DNA of 36,195 nt from a virus (lineage: Duplodnaviria; Caudoviricetes), in the IMG/VR virus record IMGVR_UViG_3300011335_000134, positions 1-36,195 of that record. One strand, given 5' to 3'. The translations under genes and the position numbers were made by a program. Every line of letters starts with the position of its first letter. Within the stretch, counting starts at the first letter, position 1. Below are positions 1 to 8,545 of the stretch, piece after piece. The notes beneath the pieces are model-generated. The model was not told where the DNA came from. It did no database searches and worked only from the letters and a program-made list of their open reading frames with translations.

Positions 1-222
1 ACATCAATTCTACTTGTGCCAGCAAATAATGGTCCTGGATCAATCATTCCAATATGTCGCTCTTTGCGGCTGACTTTGGGGCAGGAGAAATACTTTTGGT
101 AGTCTGGGATTTCACCTAAGACATTGGCGGGGAAGCGGCCAGCATCGTTAGCAACTGGCACTTGTTCTGGTTTTAGAACAGTTGTCATTGAATCACTCAT
201 TTCAGTTGTGTCAGCATATACT
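1..222. repeat. Terminal direct repeat (circular assembly overlap), copy 1
   Basis: 1-222 matches 35974-36195 except at position 85 (G vs T) and 127-129 (GCG vs CTT); the methyltransferase frame runs through it. Confidence 0.97.
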
Positions 223-881
223 CCTCGTTTTGATAGTTGGGGTGTTTCGCCAGGCCATGGCACTCTAGTAGCATCAATGTTTATGGCACCTGTGCCATAC
301 TTCAAGCAGTTCTCACGGATGCTGGTTTTAATAGGTTTGCGGGCCAAGGCGATTGGTTCGTGTGCTGGCTTTAAGGCTGTGCCCCAACCTGACCATTGCT
401 GTGCTTCAGGATCTGTGACTTTAGGCTTGCCAACTTGTGTTTCTTTGGTGCTCCACTCCTGGCCAACTTTTTGTCGTGCTACATCCATTTGACCAAAGCC
501 AGCATTCTTTGTAGTATCAACAAAGCCTTCATATTCTTTAACGCCAAGTTTTCTTTGTATCTGCTTGCCAATATCCTGACTCTTGGGAAAGCCACTTGAA
601 TAGATCCACATAATCTGATCGCGGATCTCAAAGCCTGCCGCTTCTAATGTGATGGCCAAGTGATGGTAAGTTCGTGCGGCTGAGAATGCCAAGATATGAC
701 CACCTGGTTTCAATACGCGAAGGCATTCTTGGTATGTCTCAACGGCTCCTGTATTAGCATCCCAGCTCTTGCCTAAGAAGTCAATGCCATAAGGTGGGTC
801 AGTGATAATGGCATCTATGCTGTTGTCAGCCAGGGTTTTTAAGGTGAGTCTATTGTCACCTGTTAAGATAGTGTAGTTCAT
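1..881 (-). CDS. DNA methyltransferase (N6-adenine/N4-cytosine, beta class), N-terminal part; continues across the circular junction to 35652 (about 400 aa in total)
   Basis: Absent from the ORF track because it runs off the end. Manual translation from ATG 881 (RBS AAAGGA) gives MNYTILTGDNRLTLKTLADNSIDAIITDPPYGIDF...ECLRVLKPGG...GFEIRDQIMWIYSSGFPKS...GWGTALKPAHEPIALARKP...GRFPANV. It has the DPPY catalytic motif IV and is in frame with ORF 35652..36173. Confidence 0.95.
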   Translation of the reverse strand, partial: MNYTILTGDNRLTLKTLADNSIDAIITDPPYGIDFLGKSWDANTGAVETYQECLRVLKPGGHILAFSAARTYHHLAITLEAAGFEIRDQIMWIYSSGFPKSQDIGKQIQRKLGVKEYEGFVDTTKNAGFGQMDVARQKVGQEWSTKETQVGKPKVTDPEAQQWSGWGTALKPAHEPIALARKPIKTSIRENCLKYGTGAINIDATRVPWPGETPQLSKRGVYADTTEMSDSMTTVLKPEQVPVANDAGRFPANVLGEIPDYQKYFSCPKVSRKERHIGMIDPGPLFAGTSRID

Positions 882-930
882 TTTGTTTCCTTTGTAGCAA
901 CTATACTAGTAGTTATCCTATGGCAGAATG

Positions 931-1137
931 TCAGTCTTGTTCGTCTAATAGATCTGGGTCAAAGTCAAGTTCAAAGCCTTCTCCACCTAGGATTTGGCTA
1001 TAAGCATCATCTACGCAGTTCTTGAGAACTTGTATGGCTTGATACCCACCTTTGGATTTTGGATGAGCAATGGCATCATTTAGATACATTTGTATTATCA
1101 GATGTGCTTTGGCAGTTGCTTCTTTGTAATAACTCAT
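931..1137 (-). CDS. Hypothetical protein (68 aa, acidic C-terminus)
   Basis: ATG preceded by GAGGAA RBS; same strand as neighbours. Confidence 0.7.
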   Translation of the reverse strand: MSYYKEATAKAHLIIQMYLNDAIAHPKSKGGYQAIQVLKNCVDDAYSQILGGEGFELDFDPDLLDEQD

Positions 1138-1199
1138 TTCTGATTCCTCTTTGAATTACTTATTGAGATTTGTTGTCTGCTACGCACACAACACATACA

Positions 1200-1430
1200 T
1201 TCGCTTCGCTGTCGCTTCGCTTCTGTATGAGTCTTTTGTAAAAGTAATTTGTCTTCTAGGCGTAGCCTCTCGCAGAGAGCGTAGCAGAAGTCAAATTCGT
1301 CTAGTGCGTTAGCACTGGACGACTTAATCAACAAACACAATCAACAATATTCATTCAAGCAGTTCATAGGATAGCAACACAATTTTTTCTTGGGAGAAAT
1401 TGTGTTAGCAGATGTCCAATCTGGATTAGT
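1200..1430. other. Structured, probably non-coding region with clustered mini-hairpins; candidate replication origin or ncRNA
   Basis: GCGAAGC twice on minus (1203-1209, 1214-1220); AGGC-GTA-GCCT (1258-1268); CTCTC-GCA-GAGAG (1267-1279); GCGTAGC (1279-1285); GTCTAGTGC-GTTA-GCACTGGAC (1299-1320); AACACAATTT...AAATTGTGTT (about 1376-1406). Confidence 0.4.
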
Positions 1431-1597
1431 TGTTCCTTAGAACCCACCATGTTTATCTAAATTATACCCTTGGCCTAATCAGCCTAGCATATAACTTCTC
1501 TTGTTCCTTGCGTCTTTGATCACGGACTTTTAATCCAACCCTCATTTGTAGGTAACCGCATTAGCCTAGGCTGCTTACGCCATTGGCTAGGGAAAAG

Positions 1598-1897
1598 TTA
1601 TAGCATACGGGTGGGTGCTGTTTTCACCCCACGGTTTGCTTTTTTATATTTGAGCCAGCGTTTGTCGCGTTTGATTCTTTTGTTGAGTGTATGGTTGTCT
1701 TTGAGTGAGAGTTTGTCTCTATTGGGAGTAGTTGCTAGTTTTAAGCCTGAGTTGATACAGACTACAATTTCTTCATTGGTGAGCCATTTAATCCAGTGTT
1801 TGTGGGGTTTACAATATAAGCCTATGTGCGGACCTTGTTTTTGTAATTCACAAGGACAGCGATCGTGTAAATTTGGTTTGAATAATGTATTAGCCAT
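1598..1897 (-). CDS. Hypothetical basic protein with Cys/His cluster (possibly Zn-binding or nucleic-acid-binding)
   Basis: CPC...H..LYCKPHKH motif and Lys/Arg-rich C-terminus; TATACT -10-like box upstream. Confidence 0.6.
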   Translation of the reverse strand: MANTLFKPNLHDRCPCELQKQGPHIGLYCKPHKHWIKWLTNEEIVVCINSGLKLATTPNRDKLSLKDNHTLNKRIKRDKRWLKYKKANRGVKTAPTRML

Positions 1898-1946
1898 AAT
1901 AGTTTAATCAGTAGTATATATGCGTTAAAACTGTGCGTGTTTATCC

Positions 1947-2267
1947 TTAACCAAAGATGTCGCTTAAACGATCTTCAATTTCACTACGGCGTGCAACCAA
2001 TTCAGGAGCACTATCTGCGTCAATAACATTGCCACGCAGTTTGCCTTTAGGGAAGCGGATCAGCACATCACGATAAGGACGACTTAGGATTTCTTCCCAT
2101 AACTTACAGTTCTTGAAACCTTCTACAATGTAGGTCCTATATTCTTGCTGGTCTAGGACACCTTTGAAGATGATGTGTATAGTAGGGATGCCCAGGGTCT
2201 TGCTGACCTTGCTGTCTGCGGTCCATTGTTTAACAATGGTAAATTCTTGGTTTAAATGTAATTTCAT
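1947..2267 (-). CDS. Hypothetical protein (about 106 aa, beta-rich)
   Basis: ORF 1947..2288; ATG 2267 (MKLHLNQEF) preferred because of an AAGG RBS; lies directly downstream of a sigma70-type promoter. Confidence 0.7.
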   Translation of the reverse strand: MKLHLNQEFTIVKQWTADSKVSKTLGIPTIHIIFKGVLDQQEYRTYIVEGFKNCKLWEEILSRPYRDVLIRFPKGKLRGNVIDADSAPELVARRSEIEDRLSDIFG

Positions 2268-2308
2268 ACTAGCCTTTATGTTTAACAACTGATCTTGTTG
2301 TTGTTATT

Positions 2309-2337
2309 AGTATATAGCATCTTTGTGCAAAAGTCAA
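2309..2337 (-). promoter_or_regulatory. Sigma70-type (early) promoter
   Basis: Minus strand TTGACT (2337-2332), 17-nt spacer, TATACT (2314-2309). Confidence 0.7.
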
Positions 2338-2558
2338 TCGTTATGGCAGAATTATTGCAGTTTTGAATACACACGCACTTTTCGTTACGATAACTATATT
2401 ATACACTACCTGCAATGGGCAAGTGTTAGGACTACAACACAATGTGTTTTTTATAGCCATTTGAAACGCCTCTTGGTAGTCTGGTAATTGAAGTCTGGAC
2501 TGTCTGATCAACAGTTTACCGTGGGTTTTAGTAAGGCATTTCCCACAAAAGGACTCTT

Positions 2559-2849
2559 TTATTTTTCGCTTATGGTCCTACCTGTTGTCATCATAACTAC
2601 TGTAAAGTCAGTAGTCTCAAACTTCTGATTCAACTTTTCAGCGAGGTTAAAAGCATGGCCAGGCGTAGGAAAACTAGTCTTAGCATATTTAGGACCAGGG
2701 TAATCAATTTCAATGTTGGCCTGCGTTTTAATCTTGATAGGACGCCCTTTATAACACACCGCGAAAACAGCATCCGCTTCACATACCTGATAGGCACTCA
2801 TGTCTGGGCCTATACTTTCAAGAAGCACACGGGGCTTAGGTCTTGACAT
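2559..2849 (-). CDS. Conserved phage protein of unknown function (MSRPKP...YPGPKY.KTSF..PGHA.NLA.KLN type), 96 aa
   Basis: ATG 2849 with AGGA RBS; from recollection it resembles a small conserved protein of large uncultured aquatic myoviruses (not verified by search). Confidence 0.75.
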   Translation of the reverse strand: MSRPKPRVLLESIGPDMSAYQVCEADAVFAVCYKGRPIKIKTQANIEIDYPGPKYAKTSFPTPGHAFNLAEKLNQKFETTDFTVVMMTTGRTISEK

Positions 2850-3447
2850 GTGGATTTCCTGCTTGTAATCTAATGCCTGCTCGTTTGGCAATACCTTGAA
2901 CTGTTGCTTGCGACACACCATGCTTCTCACCAATTTCACGACAGTTCAAATACTTGTGGTTTAGGTCTGCTATTACTTCAGCTAAGTTGTATTTCTTTTT
3001 GTAGTGCGTTTTACAATCACCAAATAAGGGAGCACCTGGTGAGTTGGGTGGGCGTATCTTATTACCAGTTTCATCTCTAGGGGGAGGTTCCCAATGGTAA
3101 GTCATGGTTTGAACATGACCTTTCAACCAGGCTATAGCACCTGATGCTCGTGCCAGTTCAATCCAGCGTAAGGGATCCAGTGTGCTGACTATAAGCATAC
3201 GCCATTCAGGATCACGGTAACTTAATGCCCAAGGCTCATTCAACAAGTGTTCAAATGGCACATCAAGTGGCATGACCACTGCGGCTCTAATGTGTTCTGT
3301 TGTTACTGTTTCACTTATAAACTTATACTCTGTGGCACCCACTGCTAATCGTAATACACTTTGTGGTGTTGGATATGGGATAGTGTAAGTTCTGCCAGGA
3401 CCGCGGTAATGTGGATACCACTTGTTTGCTACTAACGAATCTGTCAT
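2836..3447 (-). CDS. Hypothetical protein with C-terminal helix-turn-helix
   Basis: LNCREIGEKHGVSQATVQGIAKRAGI is a typical HTH pattern. Confidence 0.7.
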   Translation of the reverse strand: MTDSLVANKWYPHYRGPGRTYTIPYPTPQSVLRLAVGATEYKFISETVTTEHIRAAVVMPLDVPFEHLLNEPWALSYRDPEWRMLIVSTLDPLRWIELARASGAIAWLKGHVQTMTYHWEPPPRDETGNKIRPPNSPGAPLFGDCKTHYKKKYNLAEVIADLNHKYLNCREIGEKHGVSQATVQGIAKRAGIRLQAGNPHVKT

Positions 3448-3448
3448 G

Positions 3449-3967
3449 TTAAACCGCTACATCAAAAATAACGCTGATTCTATCTTCTGTGGTGTTGTTC
3501 CAACTACAATGAACCTGTTTGTTGTTAAACCAAAATAGTGTGCCTGGCTCAATAGTTCTGCGTGTGTCTTCCACTGTGTAAATGTAGGTGCCTGTAATAG
3601 CAATATGATAGCGATGTCTTTGTTTATAATACTCACCATCATCCATGTGCGGGAACACAAACTTACCTGGCAACAGTTTGACAATGGCTATCCTTGCCAC
3701 CAGTTCAGGTGGAAAGTATTTGTAAATTAGTTTGAGTGTTTCTGGATAGCGTTTGAATACTTCAGTGGGCTTGTATTGGTGGTTGTCTCTATGATCCGCA
3801 ATAGGAACAGGACTCCATGATTTTACAAGATTGATTGTTTCAGTGCCACCTTGTTCATACAGCAAGGTTTGACGCTTGGTGTCAAGTAGCCAGTTTTCTG
3901 GCTGTGCTTGTATTTCTTCTGCGGCCTTGGCCACATTGAAGTTTTTGGTAATAATTCGTATGCTCAT
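3449..3967 (-). CDS. Aspartyl/asparaginyl beta-hydroxylase-like 2OG-Fe(II) oxygenase
   Basis: LLPGKFVFPHMD (HxD), RYHIAI, GTLFWFNNKQVH (distal His) and WN..TEDRISVIFD (2OG-binding Arg). Confidence 0.88.
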   Translation of the reverse strand: MSIRIITKNFNVAKAAEEIQAQPENWLLDTKRQTLLYEQGGTETINLVKSWSPVPIADHRDNHQYKPTEVFKRYPETLKLIYKYFPPELVARIAIVKLLPGKFVFPHMDDGEYYKQRHRYHIAITGTYIYTVEDTRRTIEPGTLFWFNNKQVHCSWNNTTEDRISVIFDVAV

Positions 3968-3978
3968 GCATATAGTTA

Positions 3979-4266
3979 TTACTTTAAATGAACCACGATG
4001 TAGCCAAGCAATCCAAGTAGGCCAACTATGATACTGCCAGCAACAGTGACCATGGTCTTAAACTTTTCATCTTTGGCATGTGTTAACATACTTTTGATTT
4101 CATTGAACTGAGTATCGTTGGTTGTTTTTAATTCTTTTAAATCAGCACTGATAGCGTCTACACGATCTTCAATATTGTCCATACGATTTTCCAATGCTTT
4201 GTAGCGTTCAGCACACACTTGTTCATGTGTGCTGAGCCTTGCTTCTGTTGAGTCTATTGTTGACAT
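3979..4266 (-). CDS. Holin-like/XhlA-like membrane protein (coiled coil plus one C-terminal TM helix)
   Basis: RLSTHEQVCAERY motif, heptad coiled coil and hydrophobic VTVAGSIIVGLLGLLGYIVV; directly after the tail fibre; ATG 4266 with GGAG RBS. Confidence 0.6.
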   Translation of the reverse strand: MSTIDSTEARLSTHEQVCAERYKALENRMDNIEDRVDAISADLKELKTTNDTQFNEIKSMLTHAKDEKFKTMVTVAGSIIVGLLGLLGYIVVHLK

Positions 4267-4267
4267 G

Positions 4268-7200
4268 TTATGCTCCAACTGGTGTCACTGTTAATGCTGT
4301 TGATGGAATACCAGGAACAACACCTGCGGCAGCCACATATTCTAAGATAACTGAAGTATCTGTTGCAGCCCATGCAAGTTCATAGTAGTCGCCTGCTGCC
4401 GCTGTGACCAAATAATTCCATGACGCCATAATACGATCACCGTTGCCAGCAATACGAGTATCACCTGCTGTGTTAGCAACTGTGGTGCCGTTCTTCTTAA
4501 TCCAGATAAAGGAATTGTGTGCGCCGCCTGCTGATTGGCTTAACTGTGCTGAAAACTGCAGGTTGTAAATGCCTGCGTTGGCAAAAGTAATACGAGTTAG
4601 TGCTGTGCCATTGCTTACAATAGTCACGCCGTTGTTGGCATTTGTGGTGCCAAATATCATCAAGTTTTCTGCGTTGGCCACAGGATTGGCTTGTGTCACA
4701 AGGCTGGAAAAATCACCGTATTGACGACTGTAAGTGACTTTATTGCCAGGTAAACTTGCACCTGCGGCTGTTTGTAATGTGACAGCATCACTTTTAATTG
4801 TGGTTGCTAACTGTGTAAATTCAGCAGTTATAGCACTTGTGCCACCACCTGCAGGTGTTGCCAGGATCTTTGTTGAGGCTCTACTACCAATGTAGATACG
4901 ATCAGTGTCTGCTGTAAACGAGTCATCACTTACACTCAAACCAATTTCGTTATCGCCACTTGATTTGTAAGTGCCATCAATACGAGCAAAGTTACTACTT
5001 GTTACTGTGCCAGCAACACCTAAACGGAAGTCAGTGCTTTCATTATCTGCTGGGCCTGCCGCGGCTGTTTGTTGAGTCAGTAATAAACCAGTGCCTGGAG
5101 TGCTTCTGCTAATTGTAGTTCTACCACTATTGGTAATTTGTGCTGAGCCTGACGCAAAAGTTGCGTAGGCTGTTCCACTGGCTGCCAAGGTAGTTGATGT
5201 TGGAGCAAATGTAGCCACTGTGCTGACAGTTGAAGCACCTGGTGTTCCACTTGCTGTTCCTGCGCTAATTGTGGTTTGACTAATCTTACTTTGTAATGTT
5301 GCCAGTCCACTAAATGTAGCACCTGTTTGATCACCATTGGCCAAATATAATGTCCAGGCATTATCACCACCTGTTCTATAGACTGCTGACATATCAGCAA
5401 TGGTATAGTTTGTAGCATTTGAACCATTAACACGATAACGGAAACCTGTGCCATCTTGGTCATTTGGTGCGGCCTGATCACTACGGCTCAACTGAATGTT
5501 GAAACTTGGGCGGCTTTCTAACACACCAGGAGTGCCTACAGTGGTTCTTGTAATTGTGCTTAAACTTGTGCCACGAATATCTGTGCCAGTTGATACGGCA
5601 GTAATATAAGTGCTTGTGCCTGCTGTGTTTTTAACTGTAAATGTGTCTTGGTTGATACTACCAGTAGTAGCACCAAGTGTCATGTAGTTGGTTGCTGTCA
5701 GTGTGCTACCAGTAATAACTTCGTTGGCAAAAGTATATGCGTTAGATTTAAATGTGGCCGCACTAGCTGTTAGATCCATAAAGTTGAATCTGTTGGCAGG
5801 AGTTATGTTAGTGCTGTTGGCAAAGCCACGAATTCTAAAGCCCATACCAGCGGCTGTTACAGTATTAGCCGCCGCAATAGTTCCACCACTGGTAAAGCCT
5901 GTTGTAGCATTGGCATAACTGATACTTGAAGTTGTTGCGGCAGTAATTGTATAAGTGCCGTTGTAGCCACTTGGTGTCATGCCAGCAATGGTCACACTTT
6001 GACCCACAGCGTATGGTGCTGTGTTTTGTGTTGTAAATAAGAGTGTTGCTACTGAACCTGTTCCTGACGCACCTGTCACTGCTGTTGTAAAAGTAGTTGA
6101 GTTGGTAAATGCTTGACGAGCATAACCTTGTGCTTGTATTGGTTGAACAGCAACAAAGCCACCACCAGCATTGGCAGTAGCAATTTGTGAAACATAGTTG
6201 TTTGAAGTGCCTGCTGTATAACCATCAAAGTTTAATGCGCCTAATACTTGGTTAGCACTTGAACCTGCTGGTGCTGAACTACTACCTGTGGCACTTGACA
6301 ATACTAATGAAGCGGCATTGTTAACACCAGCACCTGTATCACCAGAATGATATCTGGCTGCAAAACTGGCTCCATATCCATTGGCACCACCAGCACTTGA
6401 AACAGCAACTACACCGTTATTGCCTGAGGCTGTGCTTAATGCACTGGTTGGTGGGACATAAGTTGTATTTTGTGTAACTAAAACTTGGCTACCGTTCACA
6501 GTCAAGTTGCCACTTGTGACTACTCGTTCAGCACCATCAGTTGAATCAATTTTTAAGATGCCTGCTTTGCCAGTAGCACCAATGCTTAATGCACTGGCGT
6601 TGTTGTCAACCACAGTCCATGTTTGTGCTACTGTGCTTGATATGTTAGGATCAGCAAGTTGTATGATACCACTGGCGCTGTCTAAGATTAGGTCACCAGT
6701 TGTTGTGCCAATTGTGTTATCAGTAGCAACACCCACTGTGATATTACCTAATGTGGCGCCTGATGCACTAAAGTTGCCAGAAGCATCACGAGCAACAATA
6801 GTGCTTACTGTGTTGGCATCTGTAGCATCACTACCTAATGTGACTTCTGTGGCACTGGTGTATGTGGCTGTGATGTGGCCAGCATTTGTTAGTTTAACTG
6901 TGTCAGTGCTTGAGTCTGAACCAGTTAAGTTTAAGTTAGCACCACCTGTTGCGCTTGTTGCCGCAAAGTCATAAGTTGTATTTGGACCAACTGGAGCATC
7001 AATTGTAATTTCATTTGGAGAAGTTTCACTAACAGTCACATTAGTGCCACCCAGGAACTTTGTTGATCCAACAATAGTAACAGTTGCACCAACAATTTCT
7101 TGTAAGTCTAATTCAACACCGCCTGTAACAGGCACAACATTTGTATCGTATGTTGGAACATTTGGAATTAGTCCATCAACATAACTCTTGGTTGTCAAGT

Positions 7201-8536
7201 CAGAGCCAACAGTAGGACCTGCTGGATTGATTGTAGCGTATTGTGTAGCACCATCTCTAATGCTAATGCTATCTCCACTGGCATTTAACACGCCAGCAAT
7301 GTATTCACCACTGACAATACGGAATGGTTCTGTTGTGCTACCTGTTGCTTGAACAGATAAGAACTTGTTGTTTGACGCATCATTCGTATTAGCAACACTC
7401 ATTGATGCTGCCGCACTTGTAGTAGCGTTTGGTGCTCTGACACGCCAGCCTGAAGTATTACCAGTTGTGCTTATAACACTAGGACGATTCAAGCGGTTGT
7501 TGTTTTCGCTATAACTGAATGCTGTATCTTGTGCCAAACTAACACTATTACCACCAATAGTTAAGTCATTGTCAAGAGCCAGGCTACCTGTGCTATCCAG
7601 GATCATCTTAGAAGTATATGCCGCACCATTCTCCATCAAACCAAAATACATTGAGAAGTCTTCACTGCCTGCTGTAATGTCAGTTAAGTTTACGCCAATA
7701 TAACCTGCTCGTTCAATATTGCCTGGTTGTGCTTCAACTTGCCATTCTAATGTATTACCAAAGCCCACAGCAGGTGTAAGAGAAGTTTCTGCACTTAATG
7801 CCAATGATCTAACAGCAGTAGTAACAGCACTATTTCTTGTTATCAAAGTTGGACCATCGCTACCACTGGTGATGTTGACACCATTATTACCAGTAGGAAG
7901 TAAGTTAAGATCACCACTTGTAGTAGCAATGGTATTTCCATCCACAACACCAATGGTGATGTTGTTAAAGTCGCCACTGTCTGCTACCAAGTTGTTGCGG
8001 ATTGTGGTAGTGCCAGTTGTTGCACCCATTGTAAGTGTAGTAGCACCTTGGAAAGCATTTACTGTAGTTGGACTATTCAACAAGAAGAAACTTGAACTGT
8101 TTGTGCTTAAAATACTTGTTGTGTTAGTATCAATCTCACCTGTGGCACTTTGTAATACAAGTTGGCCACTTGTGGTGTTAATAGTGTTGTCAGTTGTAAC
8201 ACCAATGGTGATGTTGCCAAAGTCAGCACCGCCACCGTTAATTGTGCCATTTACTACCAAGTTGTTGTTGATTGTTGTAGTGCCTGTGCTGGCACCAATG
8301 TTAACACTTGTAGCGGCATTACCCAAGTTAATGGTTGTTGCGTTAGTGGGGAAGATATTGCCAGTGGCTGCTGTAGTAAGAATGTTGCCTGACAAGACAT
8401 ACAAGTCTCCGCGAACAACTACATTGCCTGAACTATCTGGAATGGGCGTGCCAGCCTCACCATACAAACTGGTTGAGTTGCCTGAATTTGTGTTTTGTGT
8501 GGTTACTGAGCCGTATAAACTTGAAGAACTTGTCAT
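4268..8536 (-). CDS. Tail fibre / receptor-binding protein (1422 aa)
   Basis: Thr/Gly/Ser/Ala-rich; repeats G/NNITI/VGV..D/.NTI.TT.G.L.L (x3) and TT.N....AT....GA.TGTTTI.NNL (x2); C-terminal C1q/BclA-like jelly-roll pattern (GIYNLQFSAQL...WIKKNG...GDYYELAW); follows the adaptor. Confidence 0.85.
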   Translation of the reverse strand: MTSSSSLYGSVTTQNTNSGNSTSLYGEAGTPIPDSSGNVVVRGDLYVLSGNILTTAATGNIFPTNATTINLGNAATSVNIGASTGTTTINNNLVVNGTINGGGADFGNITIGVTTDNTINTTSGQLVLQSATGEIDTNTTSILSTNSSSFFLLNSPTTVNAFQGATTLTMGATTGTTTIRNNLVADSGDFNNITIGVVDGNTIATTSGDLNLLPTGNNGVNITSGSDGPTLITRNSAVTTAVRSLALSAETSLTPAVGFGNTLEWQVEAQPGNIERAGYIGVNLTDITAGSEDFSMYFGLMENGAAYTSKMILDSTGSLALDNDLTIGGNSVSLAQDTAFSYSENNNRLNRPSVISTTGNTSGWRVRAPNATTSAAASMSVANTNDASNNKFLSVQATGSTTEPFRIVSGEYIAGVLNASGDSISIRDGATQYATINPAGPTVGSDLTTKSYVDGLIPNVPTYDTNVVPVTGGVELDLQEIVGATVTIVGSTKFLGGTNVTVSETSPNEITIDAPVGPNTTYDFAATSATGGANLNLTGSDSSTDTVKLTNAGHITATYTSATEVTLGSDATDANTVSTIVARDASGNFSASGATLGNITVGVATDNTIGTTTGDLILDSASGIIQLADPNISSTVAQTWTVVDNNASALSIGATGKAGILKIDSTDGAERVVTSGNLTVNGSQVLVTQNTTYVPPTSALSTASGNNGVVAVSSAGGANGYGASFAARYHSGDTGAGVNNAASLVLSSATGSSSAPAGSSANQVLGALNFDGYTAGTSNNYVSQIATANAGGGFVAVQPIQAQGYARQAFTNSTTFTTAVTGASGTGSVATLLFTTQNTAPYAVGQSVTIAGMTPSGYNGTYTITAATTSSISYANATTGFTSGGTIAAANTVTAAGMGFRIRGFANSTNITPANRFNFMDLTASAATFKSNAYTFANEVITGSTLTATNYMTLGATTGSINQDTFTVKNTAGTSTYITAVSTGTDIRGTSLSTITRTTVGTPGVLESRPSFNIQLSRSDQAAPNDQDGTGFRYRVNGSNATNYTIADMSAVYRTGGDNAWTLYLANGDQTGATFSGLATLQSKISQTTISAGTASGTPGASTVSTVATFAPTSTTLAASGTAYATFASGSAQITNSGRTTISRSTPGTGLLLTQQTAAAGPADNESTDFRLGVAGTVTSSNFARIDGTYKSSGDNEIGLSVSDDSFTADTDRIYIGSRASTKILATPAGGGTSAITAEFTQLATTIKSDAVTLQTAAGASLPGNKVTYSRQYGDFSSLVTQANPVANAENLMIFGTTNANNGVTIVSNGTALTRITFANAGIYNLQFSAQLSQSAGGAHNSFIWIKKNGTTVANTAGDTRIAGNGDRIMASWNYLVTAAAGDYYELAWAATDTSVILEYVAAAGVVPGIPSTALTVTPVGA

Positions 8537-8545
8537 GTGCGATCC

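Noticed and set aside
1-222. Biological direct terminal repeat of the virion DNA
   Set aside because: It falls mid-gene and is best explained as an assembly overlap of a circular or permuted genome; true ends cannot be determined from sequence alone
124-599. Plus-strand ORFs 124..492 and 396..599
   Set aside because: They overlap the clear minus-strand methyltransferase
1134-1340. 68-aa minus-strand ORF
   Set aside because: Non-ATG start, no RBS, and it runs through the hairpin cluster; more likely non-coding
2686-2692. CTAAATA inside the 96-aa gene
   Set aside because: It encodes conserved P-K-Y and is far from a downstream start; probably incidental
4268-8536. Diversity-generating retroelement or invertible tail-fibre cassette
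   Set aside because: No reverse transcriptase, invertase or adenine-specific TR/VR pair seen
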